Below are positions 26,736-45,920 of a stretch of DNA of 64,000 nucleotides, piece by piece (within the stretch, counting starts at the first letter, position 1; each line of letters starts with the position of its first letter). The notes beneath the pieces were generated by a model. The model was not told where the DNA came from. It did no database searches and saw only the letters and a program-made list of their open reading frames with translations. The stretch is taken from contig OX597842.1 in assembly GCA_951406725.2 (NCBI GenBank), positions 33,170,001 to 33,234,000 of the forward strand, read 5' to 3'. This DNA is from Octopus vulgaris. Lineage: Eukaryota. Both the position numbers and the translations under genes were made by a program.

Positions 26736-27334
26736 CGAATCTCATTTTCAATCATAGGTCTATCTCCATGAGGACTGACCTGGGGCTAAATAATAACTAT
26801 AGCCACTAATATTAACTACTATACTATTCATTAGATAATGTAATCCCAGATACACTGTTTAAATCTGAATAATAGACGGGATGGTCACAGCTGGAACATC
26901 TTTGATCATAGGCCTGTCCAGATCATGATTGACAACAACATCAACACCAACAACAACATCAGCCAGAACATAAAATGCCTCGAGGGATTCGTATAGAAAA
27001 GCTGTTGTTAGTCCACCGTACGGAAGAGAGTTCTTCCTCACACGAAATCTTCGCTGAAAATCTCTGAACAATTTTGTGTTTGTGCCATTAATTTGTTTTT
27101 AGCGTTGTTCTTCGTTGTGGCTCTGTTTATTGTGTAGCGGCCCCCTGGTGGGGAAACTAACTGCAGATTATGCTCGTAAGTATGTAAGTATGTAGGTTTG
27201 TACGAATATTTGTCAATGTATGTATGCTTGTATGCATATCGCAGGCGTGCATATATGTATATACGTATGAATGTATTTTCGTATGTAATTATGTATACAT
27301 ACATACATTATATATGTGTGTGTGTACGTATGTC

Positions 27335-27384
<50 letters not shown>

Positions 27385-27544
27385 TTATCTATATATATAT
27401 GTGTGTGTGTGTGTAATTGTGTGTGTATACATGTCTGTTTTTATGCATTGTATATAAAGTTATAATATATACATATATATACGTGTGTGTGCGTATATAT
27501 TTATGTTTTCGTTCATGTATATGTGTTTTTTACAATTGTATACG

Positions 27545-27578
<34 letters not shown>

Positions 27579-27682
27579 CATACATATACAAAAGTAATTT
27601 TCTGTGTATATATATCTGAATGTATGCATGTATATATATATATATATACATACATGCATATATATATATATATATATATATA

Positions 27683-27760
<78 letters not shown>

Positions 27761-28252
27761 GCCTTTTTCCTGTGTATATATATATATATATATATATGTA
27801 TGCATGTTTATTTATAAACATTCATAGTTGTGTATGTGTACATTTACACATAATACATACGTACATATATATGTATGTCTCCGTGTGTACGTATAAATGG
27901 CGTATGTGTTGGGTAGTGCTTGTAGTGTGTAAGTCTATACGTGAGTGTATGTATTTGCGTGTGTTAGCGACCAGTATAGCCAGACGTTTATCACCATCTT
28001 TGATCTAGATGTCATTTTTGTTGCTTTCATTGTTACAAGTATTGCAGGGTTATATCACTATATGTTCAGCGTGGGAGGCGGAGTTGTATGACAGCAAAGA
28101 AAGTTATAAGTAGGAGATGGAGGAGGAGGAGGAGGATAATCTGAGAACGATGATGAGGTGCAGAAGGAAAAACGTAGATAAGAAAGAGATTGGCATATGT
28201 GTGTGTGTGTGTGTGCATATGCATGAACATGTATGTATGCATATATATATAG

Positions 28253-28288
<36 letters not shown>

Positions 28289-28299
28289 GTGTGTTTTTG

Positions 28300-28485
<186 letters not shown>

Positions 28486-28565
28486 ACAAAAAAAAGCACA
28501 ACAACGCGAGGACGTGGAACAAATATAGTATTATTGGACGCTCAGAAAAGAAGGGAAGAAGGAGG

Positions 28566-28600
28566 GCTTAACGTTTCGAGCGGAGCTCTTCGTCGGAAAC
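28566..28600 (-). ncRNA. Minimal hammerhead, U4C variant, loopless stem III
   Basis: Minus strand: GTTT-CCGACGA-A-GAGC-TCC-GCTC-GAAAC-GTT-AAGC, inside a ~120-bp element (28482-28600) in (TA)n. Confidence 0.6.
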
Positions 28601-28665
28601 ATATATATATATATTTATATAAGTTTGTATTCGGGCATATGTTTAATGGTTCTATGTATATATAG

Positions 28666-28824
28666 GCGTAGGAGTGGCTGTGTGGTAAGTAGCTTGCTTG
28701 CGAACTGCATGGTTCCGGGTTCAGTCCCATTGCGTGGCACCTTGGGTAAGTGTCTTCTACTATAGCCTCGGGTCGACCAAATCCTTTTGAGGGAATTTGG
28801 TAGATGGAAACTGAAAGAAGCCCG

Positions 28825-28901
<77 letters not shown>

Positions 28902-29140
28902 TTTATATATATATGCACGTGTGTGTATGTGTTTGTGTGTCTGTGTTTGTCCCCCTAGCATTGCTTGACAACCAATGCTGATGTGTTTACGTCCCCGTCA
29001 CTTAGCGGTTCGGCAAGAGAGACCGATAGAATAAGTACAAGTCTTACAAAAGAATAAGTCCTGGGGTCGATTTACTCGACTAAAGGCGATGCTCCAGCAT
29101 GGCCGAAGTCAAATAACTGAAACAAATAACAGAATAAAGG
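28666..29140 (+). mobile_element. SINE family A, full length
   Basis: Head, (TA)n spacer, body and tail. Confidence 0.92.
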
Positions 29141-29580
29141 AATAAAATTATGTATATAGCTACATCGAACTCTCTCATGCACCAAATGGCAATTGCTAAA
29201 AAGCATTCGTGAAGTAAAATCATGTGGTAACACCAAATGGCGGTGCCCCAGCATGGCCACAGCTCGTGAGCTGAAACTAGGTAAAACATATATATATATA
29301 TATACATACTCATACGCGGTGATATGTGTGTTTGATTATAAAATTTGACTGGAGACGAACCTATTACCACAGAGCAGACATCGACTGCAAAATTATAGTT
29401 AAGATGGCGGCAATCGAATGGATATTATAAGAATATAATAAAAACTGCAAACAGGCATGTCACACCGTTCCGAGTGGACTCTGTGTTTAATGAAAAATAT
29501 AGATTGATTGTTCAAACGGAATAGCTTGCTTAAAGGTGTAGAGAGCCAAGTGTATATATACACTGCACCATTACACAAAT

Positions 29581-29640
<60 letters not shown>

Positions 29641-29772
29641 TATAATAGAAAGTGTGTGTATATATATATAATTGGACATATATATATATATACAGAGAGT
29701 TTATATACATATACAAAATTATATGTGTATACATATATATATATATATATATACACATATATATATATATAT

Positions 29773-29818
<46 letters not shown>

Positions 29819-30003
29819 ATATGCATATATATATATATGTGTATAAATATATACATATATATACATGTATATATGTAGGCATATATATATACATATATAT
29901 ATATATATGCATATACATATACATATATATGTATATATGTGTGTATATATGTATATATCTATAGTTAGATAGATATATAACAATATACATATACATATAA
30001 ATA

Positions 30004-30036
<33 letters not shown>

Positions 30037-30230
30037 CATATATATATGTATGTATATATGTATGTAAACATTTCCATTATCTGATTTTTTATATAAAATA
30101 ATTATTGATATGTTTATGCATGCATATATATATAAATATGATGATGATAATAAAATAATAATAATAATGATAATAATAATAATAATATTAATAATAATAA
30201 CAATAATAATAATAATTATTATTATTATTG

Positions 30231-30294
<64 letters not shown>

Positions 30295-30310
30295 TATTAT
30301 TATTATTATA

Positions 30311-30360
<50 letters not shown>

Positions 30361-30642
30361 TAGCCTTGTGCGCACCCTAGCGCCTGTACACCCATATATT
30401 TGGTACTTGGTAATTCCTGAACTTCCTGCAGCCTTTTTTTATATATTCTCCTAATTGTATTTGCTCACACTTTTCTAATTTCCAGATATGAATATTAATT
30501 TCACACTCACACACACACACACACCACACCGCGCACCATACACCACACCACACCACACGAACATACACACATCATATATAGATATACATATATATATATA
30601 TGTGTGTGTATATATACATGAATGTATGCTTTCGTGCGGTAG

Positions 30643-30736
30643 ATTTTGAATCAATGCGTAACTGGAGGCTGCGCTGTGCTGATTGGAATTTGTCTGATGA
30701 TCGCCGGACTGGGACCTGGTACGGAAACCTCTTCAG
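30643..30736 (+). other. Candidate 94-nt exon (alternatively a hammerhead-like fold)
   Basis: GCTTTCGTGCGGTAG acceptor, CAG/GTAATA donor, two open frames, unique GC-richer island. Confidence 0.25.
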
Positions 30737-31373
30737 GTAATATTTGACAATCTGCAACGCGAAACACAATCCAGACATTTTTCTGTTCTGCTATTTTTTT
30801 TAAGTAAAATATTATTTTTTAATTTTTTTCCTCGCTTATTTATTTTTTACTTTCCACTACTTTTATTTGCCTTTTTTTTCTTTGTTGCTGGTTATGTTAT
30901 TACTGTTGCTCTTCTTCTTCTTCTTCTTCTTCTTCTTCTTCTTCTTCTTCTTCTTCTTCTTCTTCTTCTTCTTCTTCGTATTTTTCTTCTTCTTCTTCTC
31001 CTACTCCTCCTCCTTCTTCTTCGTATTCTTCTTCTTCTTTTTCTCCTTCTCCTCCTCCTCCTTGTTCTTGTTCTTGTTCTTCTTCTTCTTCTCCTTCTTT
31101 TCGTCTTCTTCTTCACCTTTTTCTTCTTCTTCTTTTTCTTCTTCTTCTTCTCCTTCTTCTTCTTTTCTTCTTCTTCTCCTTCTTTTCTCTTCTTTTTCTT
31201 CATCTTCTTCTTCTTCATCTTCTTCTTCTTCTTCTTCTTTTCTTCATCTTCTTCTTCTTCTTCTTCTTCTTCTTCTTCTTCTCCCCTTCTTTTACTGCTC
31301 CTTCAACTCCGATGCCCCTTCTTACCACCACTTCCAACCCTCACATGACAAAACAGCCATCTCATAAATTCAC

Positions 31374-31374
<1 letters not shown>

Positions 31375-31415
<41 letters not shown>

Positions 31416-32460
31416 ACAAAACCACAAGCGCAACTACACGTACACAAACACAGAAACACTCAGACACACATAGAAATGCCTTTACACATCAAAATCTCAC
31501 ACACCCATACATACACGCATACCCATGCAAAGATATACATCGAATCACATACACACATACACATTATACACACAAATACACACACTTACACACACATCCA
31601 CATACACATACACTTACACATATACAAACGCACATATAAAGACACTTGCATACACACACACACACACACACACTCAGTCACACAGAAACACACACACAGA
31701 CTTACATACACACATACACTTACACATATACAAACGCACATATAAAGACACTTGCATACACACACACACACACACTAAGTCTCACAGAAACACACACACA
31801 TACACTTACACATACACATATGCAAACGCACATATAGACACACTTACATACACACACACACACACTCAGTCACACAGAAACACACACACATACTTACACA
31901 CCCACACACACTTGCACACACATACACTTACACATACACATTTACAAACGCACATATACACACACTTACATACACACACACACTTGCACACACATACACA
32001 TGCACTTACACATATGCAAACGCACATATACACACACTTACATACACACACACACACACACTCAGTCACACAGAAACACACACACAGAATTACACACTCA
32101 CACACACTTGCACACACATACACTTACACATACACATTTACAAACGCACATATACACACAATTACATACACACACATACGCTTACATACTCTCACACACA
32201 CATACTCACACACACACATACTCACACATACACACTTACACACACACACATACTCACACATACAAACACACACACTTACACACACATACACTTACACATA
32301 CACATATGCAAACGCACATATACACACACTTGCATACACACACATACGCTTACATACTCTCACACACACATACTCACACACACACATACATACACATACT
32401 CACACATACAAACACACACACATACTCACATACAAACACACACACTTACAAACACAGACG
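31375..32460. repeat. Complex CA-rich minisatellite
   Basis: Recurring CAAACGCACATATA, CTCAGTCACACAGAAAC and CACTTACACA modules. Confidence 0.92.
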
Positions 32461-32652
32461 TATACACTCAGAACTAGATACAGGGCGTTCAACCGAAATC
32501 CATTATGTATAAAGTTCTACAATTTATATTTATGTCTATCTTTCAAAGGCCTTCACTTTGGCGCGCTGAGAATTATTAATCTTCGGATTTTTTTTTAAAT
32601 ATGCTAGGCCACTGGTTTTAATTGATTAATATCAATTTCTACCCTTATTTAA

Positions 32653-33642
32653 TCTTTACTAGCAGTATCGCCCGGCGTTGCTCGGGTTTGTAAGGGAAAT
32701 AACTATATAAGCAGTTTTAGAGAGTTACTTCCCTTATAGATGCCAATTCGGGCTTTCTTAGCCATTTCTGTTTTGGTGCCTTCAAGCCATGAAGTCGTTG
32801 TTCTAAAAGAACGCTGGTCTCCTTGACAACGCTTTACGACGTTGATTTCCTTACACTCCCTTCCCCACAGCTTCACGAGGGAGGAAAGAAGGGGGAGAAG
32901 CAAACAGGTACAGGTGTGACCATGGACGCCAACTCCGCCGCCATCGACACACGAAAAATTATGCATTACAATGGAATAAAAAATGATGTTAAATTATTTT
33001 TAAAATCGTAGACTCATCATAGACGCGCGCTAATACTCAGACGGGCTTGATATGAATCACGACTATAAGATACCCGAACTTGGTTAAACTGCACCGCAAA
33101 ATGTGGGAGTAGTTAGGAATCTAAACCGAAGGGGACAGACACTCACACAACTACAGTTTTATATATATAGATATATAAAAGCCAAGTTGTGTGTCTGTCT
33201 CCTACGATTTAGATTCCTAACTACTCCCACATTTTGCGGTGCAGTTTAACCAAAACCGGGTATCTTATAGTCGTTATTCATATCGAGCCCTTCTACGATG
33301 AGTCTACGATTTTTAAAAATATTTACCATCATTTTTTCCATTTTAATGCATTTTTTCGCTATTATATAAGGGAAGTAACTCTCTAAAAATGTCTACGATG
33401 AGTCAACAATTAAAAAAAAAATTTACCATAATTTTTTTCCATTTTAATGCATTCTTTCGCTATTATATAATGGAAGTAACTCTCTAAAAATGTCTACGAT
33501 GAGTCAACGATTTAAAAAAAATTTACCATAATTTTTTTCCATTTTTAATGCATTTTTTGCTATTTTGGGGCTATAACTCTCTAAAAATTCTTATATAGTT
33601 ATTTCCCTTACAAACCCGAGCAACGCCGGGCGGTACTGCTAG
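32653..33642 (+). mobile_element. Non-autonomous Helitron (outer, plus strand)
   Basis: 5' A|TCTTTA..TATATAAAAG split by the inner element; 3' CCCGAGCAACGCCGGG hairpin plus CTAG|T; three internal ~100-bp tandem repeats (33293-33590). Confidence 0.85.
32659..33171 (-). mobile_element. Non-autonomous Helitron (inner, minus strand)
   Basis: Minus strand: A|TCTATATATATAAAACTG ... CCCGAGCAACGCCGGGCGATACTGCTAG|T; no target-site duplication. Confidence 0.9.
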
Positions 33643-34200
33643 TTTTAAATAAAATAACGTTCTCTAGCCGGTAAATTGACTGCTGTAGTTTATTAACTGC
33701 AGAGTAATTTCCGATCTCAGCGCGCCAAAGTGAAGGCATTTGAAGGCTACACATAAATATAAATTGTAGAACTTTATACATACCGAATTTCGGTTGAGCT
33801 TTCTCTATCTCGTTCTAGAAATTGTCTTTTGTAAACGACAGACTATACTGATGATCTTGCAGATGTTTACGTATCCATATACGTAAATATTAACAGGTGA
33901 AACTAATTAGTACATAGGTAATCGTTTTTTATTTCGCATATTTTCATTTGTTTTGCTTATTTTTACACTTTGTTTTTTTGCTGAATTTTTTCTTGAGCAC
34001 ACATTCTTCGTCGAAAATGGCAATTATGACGTCTATGTTTAGCATATAGGCTGTCCACTTTTTGTGGTCAGTCCTCTAAATTTTGTATGTAAAAAAATTT
34101 TTAATCTTCGGATTTTTTAAAATATGCTAGGCCACTGGTTTTAATTGATTGATATCAATTCCAACCCTTATTTAATCGATATATATCTATATCTATATAA

Positions 34201-34606
34201 TACTCTTTACTCTTACTCTTTTAGTTGTTTCAGTCATTTGACTGCGGCCATGCTGGAGCACCGCCTTTAGTCGAGCAAATCTATCCCGGGACTTATTCTT
34301 TGTAAGCCCAGTACTTATTCTATCGGTCTCTTTTGCCGAACCGCTAGGTGTCGGGGACGTAAACACACCAGCATCGGTTGTCAGGCAATGCTAGGGGGAC
34401 AAACACAGACACACAAACACACACACATACATATATATATATACATATATATGACAGGCTTCTTTCAGTTTCCGTCTACCAAATCCACTCACAAGGCATT
34501 GGTCGGCCCGGGGCTATAGCAGAAGACACTTGCCCAAGATGCCACGCAGTGGACTGAACCCGGAACCATGTGGTTGGTTAGCAAGCTACTTACCACACAG
34601 CCACTC
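34201..34606 (-). mobile_element. SINE family A, full length
   Basis: Reverse complement of the family A sequence. Confidence 0.93.
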
Positions 34607-34618
34607 ATATATATATAA

Positions 34619-34990
34619 ACAAGAAAAAAGCATTGTATTGTTGGAAAACATATATAGTCTGCTTGGAATCTTACTTCAGATTCATGGAACTCACTCCTAT
34701 AACTTCATAAGGATATTTACACTCTCTAAGAATATATGGAAAACCTATATGTGATTTAGCTGATGAATACTTGACCTTATATTTGCTGTAATATTTGCAG
34801 CTTGAAATAAAATGTTTTTAGTATGAAACAATTGTACTAATCTACCGATCCATTCTTGTTGCTTTTTTCTTGATTATAATCACCCCACATAATTTTATGG
34901 TTAATACCATAAAGAATCTAGGTGCATCTAAGTTAAGTACCGTATTCATTTGAATTCTTTTGAATTCTTTTGAATCTTAATTGTTTTTTG
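34619..34990 (+). mobile_element. Penelope-like terminal fragment
   Basis: Begins with CAAGAAAAAAGCA, the reverse complement of 34860-34872; contains a hammerhead; flanked by (TA)n. Confidence 0.7.
34753..34842 (+). ncRNA. Type-I hammerhead ribozyme
   Basis: GATTTAG-CTGATGA-ATACT...AGTAT-GAAAC-AATT-GTA-CTAATC. Confidence 0.82.
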
Positions 34991-35239
<249 letters not shown>

Positions 35240-35444
35240 GTGCGTGTAAAGAGACTGGAAATTTTCGTGGGAAAATGAAAAGTAATACGTGAATAGAGAA
35301 ATCAGGGAGGATGAGAGAGAGAGAGAGAGAGAGAAGAAATGAAGAAAAAATACACACATATATATATACATACACTCACATGTACACACTCATAGATATA
35401 TCGTAACACCACACACACACACACAAGCGTATATATATACATAT

Positions 35445-35480
<36 letters not shown>

Positions 35481-36737
35481 GATTGTGTGCATATGTGTGT
35501 ATATAAATATATATTCATGTATGTGTGTATCTATGTATTTGTGTATATATATATATGTTATGTATGTATGTATGTATACAAAAGAGGCACAGATAGGGAG
35601 ACACAAAGAAAGTGAGAGCAAGATACGAAAGAAAGAGAGGGGTAGGAGCGGTGGAGTGTGTGGGTGAGTTGCAGAGGTAATTGTGCTGGTTAAATCGAGG
35701 AGATACCCTCGGGTGCCGCGCGTCTGGAGTCCTTTGGGTCGCAGTGAGTCTTTGGTGATCGGCTGGGTAGATAGAGTCGATGTCATGGCTGAAGGTGATC
35801 AATAGGCATATTGATGAGCGAAGGTAACAAGTATGGTTCTCAATGATGTATATATATATATATATGTGTGTGCGTGTAGGTATATATATGTATTTACATG
35901 TCTATATATTTGTATATATACATATATTTATAGAAATATATATATACATATACATACATATATATATCTACATATATACATGTAGACACAAACACACACA
36001 CACACATATATAAACTCACATATATGTGTGCATATCCTTGTATATTTGTCTATATATATATATATGCGTTCGTGAGCATTTTTGTTTGTGTATATATGTG
36101 TCTGTGTGTCACTTTCTATGTGTATATATATACACATATATACATATGTTTATGCATATATATGTATATACATATATACATATATATTTATTTCTACATA
36201 CAAACATTCGTACACATATATATGTATATACTTACAAACATACACACATACATATGCATATATACATAAACATATATATATATATATATATATATGCATT
36301 TGTACACATCTCCGTACACCCAACGACACACGTATAGACAATCACATACATACACAAAGACATGTCTACACACACACATAGTTATTTACATATATTTCCA
36401 TAATCGTGCGTGTAGAAATCGCATTTCAAAACTAAAAAAATATATATGACAAAAATATATATATAAACCAAAAAAATTATTAAAAAATAACAGAAAAAAT
36501 TAGCCATAAAGAAAAACTGAAAAAAATTTAGAACGGGAAATCCCAGAATGCAATGTGTCAAGTGAGAAAAATCACATGACTCGATTTCCCGCTAGCTAAG
36601 TATTCTGGGAAGGTTTCATTTGATGCTTCTGTTGTATTTATTTTTGTTTTTCTTATATGTGAGTTATATCTTGCATCGTATTTTTTTGTGGGTGGGGGTG
36701 GAGTCGTTTCATTTTGTATGGAATTATTTGTAGGTAA

Positions 36738-40345
<3,608 letters not shown>

Positions 40346-40831
40346 AATAATAATAATAAAAATGATGATGCGTTTCTATAAAAAGAAACTATTGAAATTA
40401 GTAATTGAATCAGAAATGTAAAAAATTTCGGTTGAAATATTGCAAAATCCCACATCCACACACACAAACACATCGTCATTTCTAGGCTTATATATAAATA
40501 CATCAAATAATTCTGTGTGTGTATGCATAAATGGACGCTTAAATATAAATAGGTACACATACAAGCACACACACACACAAACACACACACATACATATAC
40601 ACTTGTATATATTTATGAGTACCTGTGAGTATGTGTGCCTAAGTATACGTGTGTGGGGAGCGCAATTTTTAGTGTATTGGTTGGTAAGAGATATTTAAAT
40701 GAAGAAGAATACAGCCAACGTAGATATACACTAAACGTACATAAATACCAAAAAAAGCTATATATGCCTACATACACATATACATACAAATATATACATG
40801 TGTGTATATATGAACATGTGCAAATATATAT

Positions 40832-40883
<52 letters not shown>

Positions 40884-41199
40884 CACACATATATATATAC
40901 ATATATATGTATATGTATATATACATTTATATATTTACTTGCATACATATGTATATATATATATATACATACATACAATATATTAATGTGTGTATATATA
41001 TATAAAAGCATATGTATAATTAATTATATACTTCAATATATATATATATGTATATACATACATATATATGTAACATACACGCATACATACATGCATATAT
41101 ATATATACATATATACATGTATACATATATATGCATATATACATATGTATATATACATATATATATATATACACATATATATATATATATGCATGTATA

Positions 41200-41303
<104 letters not shown>

Positions 41304-41365
41304 TACATATATATATATACATATATATACATATATACATACATATATATATATATATATATAAT

Positions 41366-41406
<41 letters not shown>

Positions 41407-41684
41407 ATACACAATACCAAGTCATGCATATTCATAGCCATTCATATTCGTTTACAGTTTGTTTTTAAGAATCCTTTGGTGAATTTTAAATGTTTTTTAT
41501 CAACACTTCGTGAGTTCAAGCCACAGGCTCTGATGTCAGTTATGCGTCTACGTTTGTCTCAGGACACTTTGTATTTTGAATCTATACTCCGCACTTATAT
41601 GCAAATTAGATATTTAATATGCAAATTTGGCACCCACTCCATCACTCCCCTTTCAAATCATATACGTATGTATATATGTTTGTA

Positions 41685-41733
<49 letters not shown>

Positions 41734-41889
41734 CTATGTGTGTCTGTGTGTGTGTATGTATATAGGTATGTATATATTTACGTATGTTTATATATTTATG
41801 TATATATATGAAAGTCTATACATAACTTCATGGAGACAGATAGTTAGGGAAACACAAAGAAGGAATATATATATATATATATGTTCATA

Positions 41890-41928
<39 letters not shown>

Positions 41929-42079
41929 AAGCATCAATTAACATTATATGCATATATATATATATAGACGTACGTCCATATATGCTTTTACATGAATCCA
42001 TATATAAACGTATACACATGAAAATACATGTATATGTACATATATACATACATGAATATATTCACATATACATACATTG

Positions 42080-42371
42080 CTTCTTTGTAAGCCTAGTACT
42101 TATCCTATCGGTCTCTTTTGTGGAACTGCTAAGTTACGGTTGTCAAGCGATGTTGGGGGACAAACAGACTCATAAACTTATACACACACACATATATACA
42201 TATACATATATACGACGGGCTTCTTTAAGTTTCCGCCTACCAAATCTACTCAGAAGGCTTTGGTCGGCCCGGGGCTATAGTAGAAGACACTTGCCCAAGG
42301 TGCCACGCAGTGGGACTGAACCCGGAATCATGTGATTGGTAAGCAAGCTACTTACCACACAACCACTCCTC
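42080..42371 (-). mobile_element. SINE family A
   Basis: Head and partial body. Confidence 0.85.
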
Positions 42372-42396
42372 CTAGTTGCCTTCACGAACCATACCT

Positions 42397-42624
42397 ATTT
42401 CTTTATTGCCCATAAGGTGCTAAACATAGAGGGGACAAACACAGACAGACAATGGGATTAAGTCGATTACAATGACCCCAGTGCGTAACTGGTGCTTAAT
42501 TTATCGACCCCGAAAGGATGAAAGGCAAAGTCGACCTCGGCGGAATTTGAACTCAGAACGTAACGACAGTCGAAATACGGCTACGCATTTCACCCGGCGC
42601 GCTAGCGTTTCTGCCAGCTCGCCG
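42397..42624 (-). mobile_element. SINE family B
   Basis: Reverse complement of GGCGAGCTGGCAGAAACGCTAGC...GAGTTCAAATTCC... Confidence 0.9.
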
Positions 42625-42626
42625 AA

Positions 42627-42860
42627 CCCTACCGACTCATAAGGGCCGGCTGCCTGGTTTCACGGTTTCCATGGCGTATATACACCTCACCTGCACGGGA
42701 CCCCGGTCCGTTACAAATTTGCTCATTTTTGCCAGCTGATTCGACTGGAGCAATATGAAATGAAGTGTTTTGCCTAAGAACATAACGCGTCGCCCGGTTC
42801 AGGAATCGAAACCACAATCATACGGTCATGAGTCCAACACCCTAACCATGAACCACGGCT
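42627..42860 (-). mobile_element. tRNA-derived SINE family C-related
   Basis: Minus-strand GGTTAGGGTGTTGGACTCATGA...GGTTTCGATTCC head; shares the GACTGGAGCAA segment with 58553-59305. Confidence 0.7.
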
Positions 42861-42899
42861 ACCTAGCAATACGGGTGGCCGTCCGGTGTGCTGGAACAC

Positions 42900-43170
42900 C
42901 ACCGGGAATGAGGCAACTCTTAGCTCTTGTTAAAGCATGTCTCTAGGAGAAGGTCACTCTGGTATAAAAGCAGATACGTAAGGAATGGCATTAAGCAATT
43001 TGAGGGGTTTTTGCTTGCAATTAAGATTAAGGGGCTCCAACATTTCGGGGCCTGCATATTCGCACGGGATATTTTTGCCCTGGCTTGTATGTGGATTATG
43101 TCAGTTGGGTAAAGAGGAGTTATGGGGTGTTGTCCAAGCATTATTGAAACTAAATAAGCGGGCATGGGGC
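42900..43170 (-). mobile_element. Possible highly decayed LINE 3' fragment
   Basis: Weak resemblance to CR1/L2 C-terminal APK.W..L pattern. Confidence 0.25.
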
Positions 43171-43204
43171 TAAACAGCAATTATAGCCGCTAATACTGAC
43201 TGCC

Positions 43205-43510
43205 ATAGTATACATTAGATAATGTAGTCCTAGATACACTTGGCCTGAATACAAGATGGGATGGTCACAGATGGAACATCTTTGATCATAGGTCTCTCTG
43301 CTGGATCAGCACTGACCTAGGGCTAAACAAGAAATATAGCCACTAAACTAACTACTATACAAAACATTCGATAACGTAGTCCTAGATACACTATGCCTGA
43401 GTAAAAGATGGGATGGTCACAGCTGGAACATCTTTGATCATAAGTCAGTCTGGATCAGGACTCACCTAGGGCTAAACAACAATAATAACCATAGCCACTA
43501 ATACTAGTAT
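43205..43510 (-). repeat. Two tandem copies of the ~155-bp element
   Basis: Reverse complement of 15940-16373. Confidence 0.88.
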
Positions 43511-43600
43511 TATGTAGTATTTAATGTTGACTGAGATACAGCATGTCTGATTTATAAATGGAATGGTCACATATTCGTGTGTGCTATGTTTTGTGTTTGT

Positions 43601-43646
<46 letters not shown>

Positions 43647-44236
43647 TTCTGTCAATATATGCAATAACAAAACAACAATCTATAAAAAGTAGCTACAAAA
43701 TATCTCCCATATTTTCCCATAACTACAGCAACGAGAGCTGCACTTTACTAGCTATTTCAGTGCTGAAACGTCGTCAGGGGTGTTTCGAGCAAAAAACGAT
43801 ACTTAGAAAGGCTGGGGTATGGACAATTAGTGCAGATAGTGGGATCTAGACTGACCAAACGCACTCAGTACAATATTTATATATACCGCTAGTGGGTATA
43901 GAATTATTTTTACGTTGTTTATACATATATATTTTTTCTAAGTGATATAGGATGTGCTTATGTTTAAGTATATATATATGGTTTATGTTATATGTGTGCT
44001 TGAATATATGTATATGTTGAGTGATGTACGTGTATATATTTTCTTTTTGTATTTTGTTTTATTATTTTGTATATATTTTACAGTGTGACCAAGACATACA
44101 TTTTCGCCATAAAATGGGATTTTTTTATGTCGACCACCGACATTTTCAATCCTTTCCCAGGAGAAAATACGAGCAAATACATATATCAATATATTATATA
44201 TGTATATATATATACATATATATATATGTATATGTA

Positions 44237-44307
<71 letters not shown>

Positions 44308-44523
44308 GCAGATATACCAACACGAAGCCACGAACCCCCAAATATATGAATATATGAATAGGTGAGCGTGTGTATATGTGTGTGTAAGTCTGTATATATA
44401 TATATATGTATGTATGTATATATGACAATGTCAGCGCTGTTTATAGCGTCGGTAAAATGGTATACCTCTGTCCATCATTCATATATACATTCCTGCGTAT
44501 AAATGCATGTATATATATATATG

Positions 44524-44573
<50 letters not shown>

Positions 44574-44633
44574 CCTACATATATCTATACGTATATACTC
44601 GAAAATACATATATATATACACATACACATATG

Positions 44634-44767
<134 letters not shown>

Positions 44768-44850
44768 TATTTATATATATATATCAGAATACGTGGTTAT
44801 GCGCAGTGCAAAAAGGAGTCGTCCATCAGAGAAAACCTTTATATATACGT

Positions 44851-44937
<87 letters not shown>

Positions 44938-45296
44938 CATATATGATAGAGAGAGAGAGAAAGAAAAGGTGGTAGATACAGAGTCGGGCGAGGGCGAGTA
45001 GATGACCAAAATATTGAGAGAGAGAGGAAGAGACTGAGAGAGAGAGAGAGAGAGAGAGAGAAGCATACTGAGAGACTTACCATTCCAAAACTGTCCATCA
45101 GAAGGGCTTAAATACTGACCGTCCTGCCATTCTTGGAGAAATGGCTGTCTTCTGTACGGACAGCATTGAGATGTGAGAGTGCGTGTGTTTGTGTGTGCGT
45201 GTGACGGTGTTTGTATGTGTTTGTGCCTATGTATGTATATGCGTGTGTATGTGTTTGTGCTTGTATATATATATATGTATATATATATACATATAC

Positions 45297-45352
<56 letters not shown>

Positions 45353-45489
45353 GTATGTATATGATGTGTAGTTGTGTGTGTATGTGTGTGAGGAGGAATT
45401 GAAATCAGCCTTTCAGAGAAGATAGCTGTGTTGTTGATAGCTGGCAACATGAAAGGTCAGCCGTGGCAGTATTCGGAGATTAGTGGGAA

Positions 45490-45594
45490 GATAGATAGAA
45501 GGATAGATAGATAGACAGACAGAGTGGTAGAGAGAGAGAGAGAGATACATAGAGATAGATAGAGAGATTGATCGATGGATAGATCGATAGATAA

Positions 45595-45635
<41 letters not shown>

Positions 45636-45920
45636 CAGACAGAAGACGGACAGACAGATGGAGAGATTGATAGACAGACAGACAGACAGACAGAGGGATA
45701 GATAGATAGATAAATAGACTGACAAACAGACAGACAGATAGCTAGCTAGCTAGATAGATCGATAGATAGAGAAATTGATCGATGGATAGATCGATAGATG
45801 AATAGATAGATACATAGATAGATCGATAGATAGATATACAAACAGAGAGACAGACATACGGACAGATAGATAAATAGACTAACAAACAGACACAGACAGA
45901 TAGATAGATAGACAGACAGA
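45490..45920. repeat. (GATA)n/(GACA)n compound repeat
   Basis: Direct reading. Confidence 0.93.

Noticed and set aside
30360-30395. Possible Helitron 3' end (CTAG with nearby GCGC pair)
   Set aside because: Hairpin is only ~4 bp and no matching 5' end was found
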